From NCBI GenBank assembly GCA_044222185.1, contig JBGANV010000006.1:128001-192000 (forward strand): a stretch of 64,000 bases of DNA, given 5' to 3'. The DNA is from Planctomycetota bacterium (GTDB lineage: Bacteria; Planctomycetota; GCA-002687715; CAIWVZ01). Under the pieces are notes generated by a model that saw only the letters and a list, made by a program, of their open reading frames with translations, ran no database searches and had not been told where the DNA came from. The position numbers were made by a program, and so were the translations under genes. Position 1 is the first letter of the stretch. The number at the start of each line of letters is the position of its first letter. Below are positions 35,922 through 46,039 of the stretch, one piece after another.

Positions 35922-38144
35922 TCACAGCTCGTCCGCCCCCATGTCGTTGTACAGCGCCGGTGGCGCACCATTGACATAGGGGCGCGCCTGAAGGTCGAAG
36001 TCGTCGACGATGTGTCCGATCGGGGGGTGGGCTCCGACGAGATTCACGCACGGCGATGTCGCGAGGATGTGGAGATCTCCCACGGACGCGTTCGCGAATA
36101 GCGGGTCGGCATTGATGTTGCCCGACGAGCCGAAGTAGCTCGCGTTGCAGTTGTAGAGGATCGACGTCGTGAAGTTCACGTCCACGATGTCGGCGGCAGG
36201 GTTCCCGCCAGCGTTGAACTTCGAGATGTTCCCGAACGCCACCGTGCCGACCCACGGCGGCATGTACCAGATCGTGTATTGGATCACGTCGCGCATCACG
36301 ATGCCCGCCACCGTCTGACCCACGATGCTGTTGTGGATGATGCCGGTGTTGCTTCGCACGTCCGGCAGGACCTCGTTCAGGAAGAGCGTTCGGCTTCGCG
36401 TGTGTTCGTTGATCCCGATCTGCTGGGATTCGAGCGTCGCCGTCGCGTTGTAGATGAAGTTGTTCCAGGCAAACGGCTGGGCGATCACCACGTCGTTTGC
36501 GAGATCGTCGGTTGGACTGAAGACGCGGGTGCGCGCCGGGCCCGTGGGCGGGAATCCCGTGACGTAGAGGTTGACCGTCGACATGGACGTGAAGTCCACG
36601 CCATTCACCGCGTTGCCGTGGATGCGGTTGCCCTTCACGCCCGGGTTGCCGCTGCCGTCGACGAGGCGTGCCGTGACGCCGTGACGGCCGTTCACGAAGA
36701 TCTCCGACTCCTGCACCGAGGAGTTGTTCCGAGTTTCGCGCATCGCTCCGGCGAAGTACCCGTTGTTCGAGAGCGGGAGGTACCAGTCGGACGAGACATA
36801 CACGCCGTCACGGGCGTTCGCCGTGATTCCCACGTTGGGATGTCCTGCGCTCGTGCCGCTCGCGTCGCACGAGTTCACACGCATGGCGAGCTGCCCGAAG
36901 TCGTACGTCCGTAGCGACACGCCGTGGCCGTCTTCCGGATAGATCGAGAACAGCGGTGCGAGCGTTCCGTTCGTCACGTACGAGCAATCGGTGATGACGG
37001 GGAAGAGGAAGTGCGGACTCATGGCTCCGTAGAAGGGGTTCAGGAGGAACTGACTCCAATACCCGTACTCGAACCACTGCTCGAACCAGAACTCGCCCGG
37101 GAGGAGCCCCAGGTGCGGCATGCCCTGTTCACCCGCGAACATCATCGTGCCGTCGAAGCCGCACTTCTCGAACCAGCACTGCTGGATCGTGAACGTGGCG
37201 TCCGTCATGCGCCCGAGCACGTCGACGTAGACCCCGTACAGCATGCCGTTCCGGCCGGGAAGCGACGTGTCCGCATTCCCCAGGAATTCGTTCTCGAGGA
37301 TGAGCGGCTGCAGCGTTCCCGTCTGGAAGATCTCCATGTAGATGCCCGCATCCGTGAAGACCGGCGAGCCCGTGATCACGTTGGTCGTGTCGCTGCTGAA
37401 TTTGCAGGTGTCGACTTGACCGGTGATCGCGCCGCCGCTGGCGATGTAGTAGCGGATGTGGTCTGCGAGGTTCGTGATCCCGCCGGCCCTCCCGCCACCG
37501 ATCCAGGTGGGCTGTGGGACGTTGGCGAATCGGCAGTCCGTCGTGAGCGCGTCGATCGTCGTCACCGGGCTCAGCGGGCTGAACGTCATGCCGACGGTCG
37601 TCTGGTTGAATCCGATCTGGCGGAACGTGGCCCCGACGGTTCCCGACGTGGTCGGGAACCATTCGATGCCCGTCGCGAAGGCCACGATCTTGATGCCCTT
37701 CAGCGTCGTGTTGCTCCGCGTGTGTGAGTCCGTGGGGTTCATGCGAAACGCCGTCGCATTCGTTCCGGCGGCAGCGCCGCTGAACACGGCCGGAGCCCGG
37801 CGCCCGAACGGATCCAGATCCGAGTTGGCGACGTCCCAGAAGATGTTCACGTTTCGGGGGATGACGATGGCGCCGGCCGTGCTCCAGTTCTCGACGGAGT
37901 CGCCGTGAACCACGACCTGGTTGATCGGTCCCAGGCGCCCGCGGATCGCGATGTCCTGGAGGGCATTCGGGCTGACGAGGTTGTGGAAGGCGATGGCCGA
38001 CCGCAGCGTGTTGAACGTCGTGCCGGATGGCGTGGCGAGGACGTCGACGGTCAACCGTGGCGGAGACTGGGCGGGAGCCTGGGTGAAGCACAACGAGAGG
38101 ACGAGTGCGCTCGCATGGAGCGCGGTGGCGAACGACCGTTTCAT
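35922..38144 (-). CDS. Secreted right-handed beta-helix protein
   Basis: GGAGG RBS; signal MKRSFATALHASALVLSLCFTQAPA-Q; Asn/Gly ladder repeats (NRIHGNAVNGV, NNFIYN); C-terminal NINADPLF...DLHI...SPC...DMGADE. Confidence 0.82.
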   Translation of the reverse strand: MKRSFATALHASALVLSLCFTQAPAQSPPRLTVDVLATPSGTTFNTLRSAIAFHNLVSPNALQDIAIRGRLGPINQVVVHGDSVENWSTAGAIVIPRNVNIFWDVANSDLDPFGRRAPAVFSGAAAGTNATAFRMNPTDSHTRSNTTLKGIKIVAFATGIEWFPTTSGTVGATFRQIGFNQTTVGMTFSPLSPVTTIDALTTDCRFANVPQPTWIGGGRAGGITNLADHIRYYIASGGAITGQVDTCKFSSDTTNVITGSPVFTDAGIYMEIFQTGTLQPLILENEFLGNADTSLPGRNGMLYGVYVDVLGRMTDATFTIQQCWFEKCGFDGTMMFAGEQGMPHLGLLPGEFWFEQWFEYGYWSQFLLNPFYGAMSPHFLFPVITDCSYVTNGTLAPLFSIYPEDGHGVSLRTYDFGQLAMRVNSCDASGTSAGHPNVGITANARDGVYVSSDWYLPLSNNGYFAGAMRETRNNSSVQESEIFVNGRHGVTARLVDGSGNPGVKGNRIHGNAVNGVDFTSMSTVNLYVTGFPPTGPARTRVFSPTDDLANDVVIAQPFAWNNFIYNATATLESQQIGINEHTRSRTLFLNEVLPDVRSNTGIIHNSIVGQTVAGIVMRDVIQYTIWYMPPWVGTVAFGNISKFNAGGNPAADIVDVNFTTSILYNCNASYFGSSGNINADPLFANASVGDLHILATSPCVNLVGAHPPIGHIVDDFDLQARPYVNGAPPALYNDMGADEL

Positions 38145-38243
38145 GGATAGGCACCTCCGGGCGGGTTTCCAGGGGATCACCATCGACGGGGAGTCGATGG
38201 ATCGACCGGTGCGCCCGCGGTGGGTGCGCCGCCCGATGGCGCC

Positions 38244-38274
38244 TACTTGGGTGGAACTCCTCGCGGATCGGACA
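38244..38274 (-). promoter_or_regulatory. Candidate ECF promoter copy 1 (TGTCCG-N19-CAAGTA)
   Basis: Minus strand GCTGTCCGATCCGCGAGGAGTTCCACCCAAGTA, 100 nt upstream of the 38144 start. Confidence 0.7.
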
Positions 38275-38313
38275 GCAATCCGAACGCGGTCGTGTCCGGG
38301 AGGGCCTGAGACC

Positions 38314-38895
38314 TCACTCCACGAAGAGCGGCGGCGGCCCGAGCTTCGTCACGCGCGTAATGAGCCGCTGCCATCGCTTCTCGCATGCATCGGCGCTGAT
38401 GCCGAGGAGGTGCGCGGCCTCCGTGTGCGAGAGCCCTTCCAGCCCTCGATAGATGAGGAGCCGGCGGTCGTCCTCCTCGAGCACGCCAAGCTGGACGATG
38501 AACGCCGCCAGGTTCTCGTCGCGTGCGACGCGGCGGCTGACGCTGGTCACGTCGGCGGGAATCTCGGCGACGCGATCCCGGCTGGAGTCGTCCGGTCGCG
38601 CGGCACGCCGGCCACGGCGGGTCGCGTCCGCGAGGATCTCCTTCAGCACGAAGTTCGCCACGCCGAAGAGCCAGCGGCGGAAACTGCCCCGCGCCGGGTC
38701 GAACGCGGAGAACTTCCGGTACGCCCGGAAGCAGACCTCCTGCACCAGGTCCTCGGGTTCGAGCACGCCCTGGAGCGAACGTCGCACGCGGAGCACTGCC
38801 CACAGGTGGAGCGCGGGGGCGACGTCCTCGAAGAGTGCGCCGAACTTCGATGAGTCCAGGGACTGGGCGTCGGAGGACGACGGGGCGGAGGACAT
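38314..38895 (-). CDS. ECF sigma factor (Ser/Thr kinase-associated type)
   Basis: EPEDLVQEV, FDPARGSFRRWLFGVA, linker DVTSVSRRVARDE, sigma4 YRGLEGLSHTEAAHLLG; divergent from the kinase. Confidence 0.92.
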   Translation of the reverse strand: MSSAPSSSDAQSLDSSKFGALFEDVAPALHLWAVLRVRRSLQGVLEPEDLVQEVCFRAYRKFSAFDPARGSFRRWLFGVANFVLKEILADATRRGRRAARPDDSSRDRVAEIPADVTSVSRRVARDENLAAFIVQLGVLEEDDRRLLIYRGLEGLSHTEAAHLLGISADACEKRWQRLITRVTKLGPPPLFVE

Positions 38896-38930
38896 CGCGG
38901 GAGTCTATCAGGCGGTTTCGAGCGGAGGGC

Positions 38931-38960
38931 TGTCCGAATCGCACGCCGACCTCCCAAGTA
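38931..38960 (+). promoter_or_regulatory. Candidate ECF promoter copy 2 (TGTCCG-N18-CAAGTA)
   Basis: GCTGTCCGAATCGCACGCCGACCTCCCAAGTATGCTC, 14 nt upstream of kinase ATG 38975. Confidence 0.7.
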
Positions 38961-38974
38961 TGCTCACGAGCGTC

Positions 38975-41479
38975 ATGGACGACGACGACCTCGACGACCG
39001 CCTCGATGTGGATGCACTCGAACGACTGCTCGACGGGAGTGGTGACGGCTCGAGCGGAGGTCTCGAGGCCTTCGCTGCCATGGGGGACGACCACGCCGCG
39101 GCCGCGCGGCGCGTTCGCCGTGCGAAGGAGGACCGCTCGGAGTCGGGAGACGGGGATGCGACGCCGCGGTTCGGTCGCTTCCGGCTTCTCGCCGAGCTTG
39201 GTTGCGGCGGACAAGGAGAGGTGTGGCTCGCCGAAGACGGAGAACTGAACCGTCGCGTGGCGCTGAAGATCCTCCACCGGGGCTTCGGCGCGCATGAAGA
39301 CGCGTTGCTGCGCTTCCGTCGCGAAGCGGAGGCGGCGTCGCGTCTGGACCATCCCGGACTGTGTGGCGTGTTCGACATCGGCCGCTCCGACAGCCGAGCC
39401 TGGATGGCGATGCGGTACGTGGAGGGACTCACGCTGGCGCAGCGCCTCGCGCAGGAGAAAGGCCTTCCGACGCGCGCGGCGATCGACGAGTGGACCCGGG
39501 TCGTCGAGGAAGCGTCGCGCGCCGTGCATGCCGCCCACGAGGCTGGAGTCGTGCACCGCGATTTGAAGCCGTCGAACGTCGTCATCGACAAGGATGGACA
39601 CCCCGTGGTGCTCGACTTCGGGCTGGCGCGGCTCACGGACGCGGGTGAAATCACGCTGACTGCACCCGGCGCCGTCGTGGGCACTCCGTCCTACATGGCG
39701 CCCGAGCGTCTCGATGGCGCGGCCGGCGTCGACCGCCGCGCCGACGTGTATGCGCTGGGTGCGATCCTCTACCGAGCGTTGACGGGGCGCGCGCCACGCG
39801 AGGGGAGCACCTTCGCCGCCGTGCGCGAGCACGCATTCGATGCGATCACTCCGCCTCGGCGGCTGAATGCCGCGGTGCCACGCGCCTTGGAGGCTGCGAC
39901 GCTGGCCGCGCTGAGTGCCGACCTCGCGCATCGGTATGCGACGGCCCTCGACCTGGCGGAGGACCTGCGGCGCGCTCGTCTCGGCGAGCCCGTCCTCGCC
40001 ACGCGCCCGGGGCCGATCGCGCGGCTTTCGTCCTGGGTTCGCCGCAACCGCGCGCTGGCCTTCGCCATCCTCGGTCTCATCGTGGCGCTGATCCTGGCGC
40101 TCGCGGCGACGCGGACGGCGATTCGAGAGGCGCGCACCGGCGCTCACGCGTTGCAGCAACGAGACCAGGCGGCCGACCTCCTCGCCCTTCGCGCCATGCT
40201 CGCGCGCGAGCGGACGCTCTACCCGATCGAACCCGGCCTCGTCGAACCGGCGACGCGCTGGCTCGACGAGGCCGCGCCCCTCATCGCGCGCGCGCCGCTC
40301 CATCGCGAGGCCCGCGCGGAGATCCGCGCCGGCGCCGGCGCCGCGCCGGACGATCCCAATCCCCGGTTCGCGCGTCGCGAAGATGCGTACTTCGATGAGG
40401 TCCTGGGCGACGTCCTCTCCTCGATCGATCGCCTGGCGGCTGCGTCGGCCGAGGTCGCGCGTCGCCGCGATCGGGCCAGCACGGTGCGCGCGCGCTCGCT
40501 GGAAGGGGATCAGGCCGGGGCATGGGCGGCGGCTGCTGCGCGCGTCGCCGCAAAGCCCGAATATGACGGCCTCGTGCTCACGCCGCAGCTGGGCCTCGTT
40601 CCGCTCGGACCGGATCCCGCGAGCGGGTACGAGGAGTTCGCCCACGTGGAGACGGGCGACGTCCCGGGCGCTGGCCCCAGCGGGAAGCGCCCGCCACTCG
40701 ACGTCGCCGATGCGGTGATCCTGGTTCTTCTGCCCGGCGGTTCGTTCGTGATGGGCGCGGATGCCGACGATCCGTTCCTGGACAAGACGTACGAGATTCC
40801 CGCATTCCCGGTCAAGCTCGCGCCGTTCTTCCTCGGGAAGTACGAGTTGACCCAGGCGCAGTGGCTGCGGATGTCCGGCGGACCGAACCCGTCGTACTAC
40901 TTCCCAGGCACGGACCACGGTCGGGAGAGCGCTCCGTCGGAGGAGATCACTCTGCTCCATCCCGCGGAGTCCATGTCGTGGCCGGCAGCCGTCGAGATCC
41001 TGGCGCGCGTCGGACTCATGCTCCCCACGGAAGCCCAGTGGGAATACGCATGTCGCGCGGGAACGACGACGCCCTGGTCGGCCGGCCGCGAGCGCTCCGA
41101 TTGCGCGGGTTTCTGCAACGTCGCGGGAAGCGAGAGCCCGCGGTCGCGCTGGCTCTTCGATTACGAGCCCGCGTTCAACGACCGCTACAAGCTCCACACG
41201 CCCATAGGCCTGTATCGTCCAAACCCGTTCGGCCTCCATGACATGCACGGCAACGTAGGGGAGTGGTGTCGGGATGCGCTGCTTCGGCGGTATGCCGATG
41301 CCCGCCCGGCCCCAGGCGACGGTCTGTTGACGCCCCGACGGCTCGACGGAAACCGGGTCATTCGTGGCGGGTCATTCCAACTCGACCTCAACTACTGCCG
41401 ATCGTCGGCGCGGACGTTCATGCCCGAGGACGCGCCTCGGCGGGATTTGGGAGTCCGGGTCTCGGCCCCACTGCGCTGA
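38975..41479 (+). CDS. Hanks-type Ser/Thr kinase fused to a formylglycine-generating-enzyme (SUMF1)-like domain
   Basis: LGCGGQGEV, VALK, HRDLKPSN, DFGLAR, GTPSYMAPE, DVYALG; TM helix; LPTEAQWEYACRAG, PNPFGLHDMHGNVGEWC, RGGSF. Confidence 0.95.
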   Translation: MDDDDLDDRLDVDALERLLDGSGDGSSGGLEAFAAMGDDHAAAARRVRRAKEDRSESGDGDATPRFGRFRLLAELGCGGQGEVWLAEDGELNRRVALKILHRGFGAHEDALLRFRREAEAASRLDHPGLCGVFDIGRSDSRAWMAMRYVEGLTLAQRLAQEKGLPTRAAIDEWTRVVEEASRAVHAAHEAGVVHRDLKPSNVVIDKDGHPVVLDFGLARLTDAGEITLTAPGAVVGTPSYMAPERLDGAAGVDRRADVYALGAILYRALTGRAPREGSTFAAVREHAFDAITPPRRLNAAVPRALEAATLAALSADLAHRYATALDLAEDLRRARLGEPVLATRPGPIARLSSWVRRNRALAFAILGLIVALILALAATRTAIREARTGAHALQQRDQAADLLALRAMLARERTLYPIEPGLVEPATRWLDEAAPLIARAPLHREARAEIRAGAGAAPDDPNPRFARREDAYFDEVLGDVLSSIDRLAAASAEVARRRDRASTVRARSLEGDQAGAWAAAAARVAAKPEYDGLVLTPQLGLVPLGPDPASGYEEFAHVETGDVPGAGPSGKRPPLDVADAVILVLLPGGSFVMGADADDPFLDKTYEIPAFPVKLAPFFLGKYELTQAQWLRMSGGPNPSYYFPGTDHGRESAPSEEITLLHPAESMSWPAAVEILARVGLMLPTEAQWEYACRAGTTTPWSAGRERSDCAGFCNVAGSESPRSRWLFDYEPAFNDRYKLHTPIGLYRPNPFGLHDMHGNVGEWCRDALLRRYADARPAPGDGLLTPRRLDGNRVIRGGSFQLDLNYCRSSARTFMPEDAPRRDLGVRVSAPLR

Positions 41480-41510
41480 CGCCGATTCTCGTCGGATTTC
41501 TCTTGGGTCG

Positions 41511-41541
41511 TGTCCGCCACGGGCTGGTCGTTCATCAAGTA
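41511..41541 (+). promoter_or_regulatory. Candidate ECF promoter copy 3 (TGTCCG-N19-CAAGTA)
   Basis: TGTCCGCCACGGGCTGGTCGTTCATCAAGTATGCTC, ~70 nt upstream of ATG 41610. Confidence 0.7.
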
Positions 41542-41609
41542 TGCTCCGGCGCAACGTCGTCCCGGGCCGTCAGCCCCCGATCGGTGCCCCGGCGAGGCGC
41601 AGTGTTTCC

Positions 41610-43262
41610 ATGACCACGAATCCATCGTTGTGCGTCGCCGTGTTTCTCACGATCGCGTCTTTGCTCGTGGCGCAGGACGACATCAAGCTGCCGTTCTATG
41701 GCGTGTTCGGACCCGAGTCGCCAGAGCTCACATCCGCTGGTCTGGGAACGGGCGACATCGTCAAGCGGCAGACGAGCGATGGACAGGCCGCGTCGCCGGT
41801 GCTTCGCGGAGCGGCCGCGGCATTCGCGTTTCCTCCGCAGGTCGATCCGGCGTCGATCGAGATCAATTCGATCGCGTATGCGAACGACGTCTTTTCCGCG
41901 TGGGGACCGTGGGCTCAGCTTCCGACGGCCGTCAAGCTCCGCCGGACGACCATCTCGTTCACCGTCACGCCGGGCTCGTCCGTGACCTATCCCACGGGTA
42001 GCGCCGTTCCCATCTGTTCCGGTGCGCCCGAGTCGGCGCAGATCTACTCCGTCATCACGAACACGGCGGCTCCCGGCGACGGTACGCAGTCGTTCTCCGC
42101 GGGCGCCGCCGTCGCGGACGACTGCGGCTTGGGCACGACCACCGCGGGAAAGCCCACGGTGCTCGCCGCACTGGCCGTCGAGCCTCGCGATTCCGCGACC
42201 GGCGGCGTGCCGGTCTACTTCACGTTGAGCCGCGCGTGCTGTGCGCGACTTCGCCAGGACCCCTCGCTGCCCTATGCGAATGCGCACCCGTGCGACATCT
42301 GGTTTGCCGATGGGATCCAACCACCGGTCATCATCTGCGACATGGACCAGCGGGGACTGCTCGCTCCGGACGACTCCATCGACGCGCTCGCGATGTCGAA
42401 CGCGGGCAACTGCGTCTTCAGCCTCGACGCCGCGTCGCCGACCGTCGTGGGCCACGCGCGCTGGGTCGACGCGTGGTATCCGTCCGCGACGATCGCGGGA
42501 TCGCTGGACCATCTCTCGACGATCATCGATCAGAACACGTTGATCGGCTTCGTGCCGTCGAGTGTCACCGCACTCGAAACCTGGATCACACCGCCGCCCA
42601 ACTACGCGTTCGGCAGCCTCTTCCTCTGGTTCGATCCGTATTGGCTCGGGCTCGAAGGCCAGGGTTCCACTTCGGACGACCTGAACGGCATCGAGATCGT
42701 CGATCCGCCCCAGATGGAAGGGTACGGCGGCTCGATGCCGCTTCGCGGGTCGCCGGGCGATTCGGCTCAGCAGCGTCTGTGTCTCTTTGCGCAGGGAGTT
42801 GCCGGCGACGGCGGGGGCGTCGTACCGGTCCCGGCGCGCGTCGGCGAGCCGATCCACATCCAAGTCGTGCTCCCTGGCGTCATCAACGGTCGACCGCTGC
42901 TCAATTGGGTTCTGTGGATCCGCACCGGCCGCTCGAGCGAGAACACCTTCGGCCTCGTCACGCCGCCAGGCGGAAACACGGCGCCGTTCGCCATGTTCTT
43001 CAATCCGTTCCTCGGGCCGGCGATGCCGGTGTTCGGGACGAGGTCGGGCGTGAACTATGCACTGGGACCCGCGGGGTTGCTGCCGACCGGGACGCTCGCG
43101 AATGCGATGGCGATCCCGAGCGGATTCGCCGCCGGCTCCTACACCCTGCAGATCCTGGCCGTGACGACGGCGCCGAGTGGGGCGTACCCCCTGAAGGGCT
43201 ACTCGTCGAATTGCGTGCAGTTGGACGTCTCGCCGGTCGGGGCGCACATCGCCCTGAATTGA
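41610..43262 (+). CDS. Secreted hypothetical protein
   Basis: Signal MTTNPSLCVAVFLTIASLLVA-Q; repeated (G)L-x-DD-(I/L)-(D/N)-AL blade-like motifs; C-terminal ...AAGSYTLQI...SNCVQLDV. Confidence 0.78.
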   Translation: MTTNPSLCVAVFLTIASLLVAQDDIKLPFYGVFGPESPELTSAGLGTGDIVKRQTSDGQAASPVLRGAAAAFAFPPQVDPASIEINSIAYANDVFSAWGPWAQLPTAVKLRRTTISFTVTPGSSVTYPTGSAVPICSGAPESAQIYSVITNTAAPGDGTQSFSAGAAVADDCGLGTTTAGKPTVLAALAVEPRDSATGGVPVYFTLSRACCARLRQDPSLPYANAHPCDIWFADGIQPPVIICDMDQRGLLAPDDSIDALAMSNAGNCVFSLDAASPTVVGHARWVDAWYPSATIAGSLDHLSTIIDQNTLIGFVPSSVTALETWITPPPNYAFGSLFLWFDPYWLGLEGQGSTSDDLNGIEIVDPPQMEGYGGSMPLRGSPGDSAQQRLCLFAQGVAGDGGGVVPVPARVGEPIHIQVVLPGVINGRPLLNWVLWIRTGRSSENTFGLVTPPGGNTAPFAMFFNPFLGPAMPVFGTRSGVNYALGPAGLLPTGTLANAMAIPSGFAAGSYTLQILAVTTAPSGAYPLKGYSSNCVQLDVSPVGAHIALN

Positions 43263-43409
43263 CGCGCGGCGGTCGTTCGCCCGCAGCGACGCTCAGACTC
43301 GGTTCCGTGAAGGGTTCATGTAGTCGGCCCACCCGATCGGCGCGTCTTCGCTTATGCTGCGGGCGGCTCGCTGCGCGTCGCAGCGCGCGGCGACGAAGGG
43401 GGCTGTGTC

Positions 43410-45899
43410 ATGGCGATGCGTGCGGGGCTGGGCGTCATCGCGGTCGTGGCGATCGCCGCGGGCGTGTGGTTCCTGCTCGGTGGCGCGGAGCAAGCGCCGC
43501 GGACGCTCGCGAAGCCGGTCGGTGAGCCCGCGGCTGTCGTTGGCGATACGGCGTCGCGACCGGCACCAACTTCGCGCGCCACCGCGTCCGCGATCGTCCC
43601 CAATCCGCTCGTGGATCGCGCGGCCGACGCCGCGGCCGCTCGCGCGGGGCGGTGCGAGTTCCGCATCGTCCAGCCGGACGGAACGCCGGCCTCAGCTGCG
43701 CGATGCGTGCTCGGGAGGAAGCGCGAGCGATTGGGGTTTGCCGACTGCGACGCGAACGGCGTCGCGGCGTTCACGCCGTCGGACGGGGAGGCGTGGCTGC
43801 TCGTGAATCCGCCGGCGCGGCCGAGGGCCCGCTACGTGGTCGTTCCCAGCGCGGGGCGGCACGTGATCGATTTGCCTGACGGGGTTGCCGTTCGCGGGCA
43901 CGTCGTCGTGGACGGGCGCACTCCGGACGAACCGATCGAGCTTCGTCTCAGCGGCGCCGAGGTTCCGCTCGATGGCCCCGTCTTCGAGGGTTCGTACCTG
44001 GCGGCGTTCGGGCCGGATGCGCCGCCAACGATCCGGCCCTGGATGTGCGCGACGACAGCCCCGGACGGTTCGTTCACGTTCTTCGGCATCCCGAATAGCG
44101 CGCGGCAGCTCCACGTGGATACGGTGTCCGATCACTTCGACGTGCCGCCGCAGGTCGCCGCGCGGACGCATCTCGCGAACGTGATTCCTCTGGATCCGTC
44201 GATCGCCGACAACCTCGTCGAACTCACGCGCATGCCCGTTTGGACCGGCCGCATCGTGCGACCCACGGGAGAGCCGGTCGCCGACGCCGTCGTCTCGACG
44301 ACGAGGATCTCTCCGACGTCGCGCGCGAACCTCTTCCGGACGAAATCCGACGGACGGTTCTCGGTCCCAGTGAATCCGCCGAGAGTCGTCGGCGACGGGG
44401 GGCAGATGCGTCGGGACGTCAAGGGGTTCCTCTGGTGCGCCGAGTCGCCGACGTCACCCGTGCACCAGACGACGCACGGGGTCGACGGGGCTCGCGTTCG
44501 TGACGTCGGAGACGTCGTGCTCCCGGCGTCCGCGCGCATCGCATTGCGCCTGCGCGATGCGGCCGGCGCACCGATCGAAGGCGGTCGCGCGGTGCGACCC
44601 GACGGATTCAACTTCCCGGTCCAGGGCCTGAAGTCCGATGGGGCCGGACGCCTCGAGATCTCGATCGACAGATTCCCCAGCGAGGTGGTCGTCGGGGCTG
44701 CGGGCTTTCACGACCAGATCGTCGACATCGCTGGCGGAACCGCCTCGCCGATCGAAGTGACGCTGGTTCGTGGCGGCCACCTCGACGTCGATGTGCGTCG
44801 ACGCGATGGCGCGCCGGAGCGACGGGTGACGCTCGAACTTTTGGGACCTCGGAAGGCCTTCGAGAGCGAGCGCCTCGGGATCGCACGTTTCCTCGCGTCT
44901 GGATTCTCCACCACACCCCGCGACGGCAAGCTCTCGGGCGAGCCTGACGCGGACGGTCGGTTGACCTTCGCAGGCCTCGTGGAGAATTCCACGTACACCG
45001 TCACCGCCAGTGATTCCTTCGGCGCGGTGCTCGCAACGCAGGAGGTGACGTTGACCGCGGAGTCGCGCCCGACCGCGCTCCTCACCGTCGCGCTCGGATC
45101 GCGGAAATTCGCCTGCCGCGTCTTCGATGCGAAGGGCGTCGCGAGGAAGGACGCATCCATTCGGCTCTCGAACCCGAGCTTCGGTGGGCCCTATGGGTTG
45201 ATCGGCTCCGGCGTGAACCTCACGGCGAATGACGACGGCGTTTACCGCGCGTCGGACATCAGCCTCGACACCGTCGACCTCGACGTCGCGTGTCCGGGGT
45301 GCGGGCGGCTCTTCCACGCGGGCATCGACTTGACCGGTGACGACGAGATCCGCGACATCCACCTCTCCGACCCGCGTACCGTCGTATTCGAGGTCGTGGA
45401 TCCTGCTGGTGCGAGCGTCGCCTTCGAGCAATTCGAGGCGAGCTTCGAGGGTCGTCCGCTTGGGTCCGGTGTGACGGTGAAGCGCCGCGAGGGCAAGGCA
45501 ACCGTCTCCGGCATCTCCGCCGGCAAGCTCAAGGTGCGCCTTCGCGTGGCGCGCACCGACTACGACTTCGAGTTCGACACGTCGCAGCCGACGCGGCGGA
45601 TCGTGCTCACGAATCCCGGACGGGTCCTCGTGCACGTCGATCCTCCCGTCGACCGCGAGCCGGGCGCACGGTGGATGATCGAACTGGTCCCCGAACAAGG
45701 CGGGGCGCGCTACTCGGACCTCGTGGCACGCCGGGCGTCCGATCCCACGGATCAACTCCAGTTCGGCAGTGTTCTTCCCGGCCGTTACACGGCTCGGCTC
45801 GTCCACCTCGTCGCGAACGTCTCGCTGGGTTCATCGCCCCCGATGACCGTCGACGTCGAATCCGGCAAGCAGGCCGAGGTCTCCGTGAAGCGGCCCTGA
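43410..45899 (+). CDS. Membrane-anchored carboxypeptidase regulatory-like repeat protein (paralog A)
   Basis: N-terminal TM and Ig-like repeats; collinear with 46040..48526. Confidence 0.85.
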   Translation: MAMRAGLGVIAVVAIAAGVWFLLGGAEQAPRTLAKPVGEPAAVVGDTASRPAPTSRATASAIVPNPLVDRAADAAAARAGRCEFRIVQPDGTPASAARCVLGRKRERLGFADCDANGVAAFTPSDGEAWLLVNPPARPRARYVVVPSAGRHVIDLPDGVAVRGHVVVDGRTPDEPIELRLSGAEVPLDGPVFEGSYLAAFGPDAPPTIRPWMCATTAPDGSFTFFGIPNSARQLHVDTVSDHFDVPPQVAARTHLANVIPLDPSIADNLVELTRMPVWTGRIVRPTGEPVADAVVSTTRISPTSRANLFRTKSDGRFSVPVNPPRVVGDGGQMRRDVKGFLWCAESPTSPVHQTTHGVDGARVRDVGDVVLPASARIALRLRDAAGAPIEGGRAVRPDGFNFPVQGLKSDGAGRLEISIDRFPSEVVVGAAGFHDQIVDIAGGTASPIEVTLVRGGHLDVDVRRRDGAPERRVTLELLGPRKAFESERLGIARFLASGFSTTPRDGKLSGEPDADGRLTFAGLVENSTYTVTASDSFGAVLATQEVTLTAESRPTALLTVALGSRKFACRVFDAKGVARKDASIRLSNPSFGGPYGLIGSGVNLTANDDGVYRASDISLDTVDLDVACPGCGRLFHAGIDLTGDDEIRDIHLSDPRTVVFEVVDPAGASVAFEQFEASFEGRPLGSGVTVKRREGKATVSGISAGKLKVRLRVARTDYDFEFDTSQPTRRIVLTNPGRVLVHVDPPVDREPGARWMIELVPEQGGARYSDLVARRASDPTDQLQFGSVLPGRYTARLVHLVANVSLGSSPPMTVDVESGKQAEVSVKRP

Positions 45900-46039
45900 C
45901 CGGGCGCATCCCATCGAACTGAGGCGCGCCGGTCGCCAGTCGCCGCCAGCGCTGAAAGTCGGCTTGATCGCGGGCTCTCGTGTATGTTGGTGTCGCCTCG
46001 CTGCGAATTGCGGCTGGCGGCGGACAAGGAGGCCATGTC

